A stretch of 64,000 bases of DNA from Mizuhopecten yessoensis (lineage: Eukaryota): positions 2,147,402 to 2,211,401 of the forward strand of contig NW_018407435.1 in assembly GCF_002113885.1 (NCBI RefSeq), in the 5' to 3' direction. This document shows positions 63,991-64,000 of this stretch, one piece after another. The translations under genes were made by a program, and so were the position numbers. The stretch's first letter is position 1. Every line of letters begins with the position of its first letter. The notes below the pieces were generated by a model that was not told the origin of the DNA, ran no database searches, and saw only the letters and a list, made by a program, of their open reading frames with translations.

Positions 63991-64000
63991 GTCAAAGAGA

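Overview
AT-rich animal genomic DNA, most likely a bivalve mollusc (inferred from the repeat families present). Host genes: (i) an intronless, signal-peptide-bearing intradiol ring-cleavage dioxygenase (4453-5096, -), broken by a 1-nt frameshift but with all iron-ligand motifs present; (ii) three SLC16/monocarboxylate-transporter (MFS) paralogues: A is intact (5 coding exons, -), B is a 5'-truncated pseudogene (+), and C is near-complete with a GTG in place of the ATG and an early stop (+). Mobile DNA is heavily nested. A ~3 kb TTAA-flanked foldback element (25338-33662) carries a solo LTR and a young Mag-type Ty3/Gypsy element with one nonsense codon. There are also Helentron-type satellite-bearing elements, a CORE-type SINE, MITEs, and Tc1, L1/Tx1, RTE-X, CR1 and Penelope remnants. 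The most unusual signals are: a 612-bp TSD-flanked retro-insert with a (CCAT)n tail and two densely base-paired RNA domains (38022-38633); a 43/44-bp satellite made directly from LINE ORF2 codons (61670-63990); and minisatellites shared by the transporter paralogues but amplified differently in each, including a 44-mer that carries an AP-1 motif. All alignments and identities were judged by eye; no searches were run.
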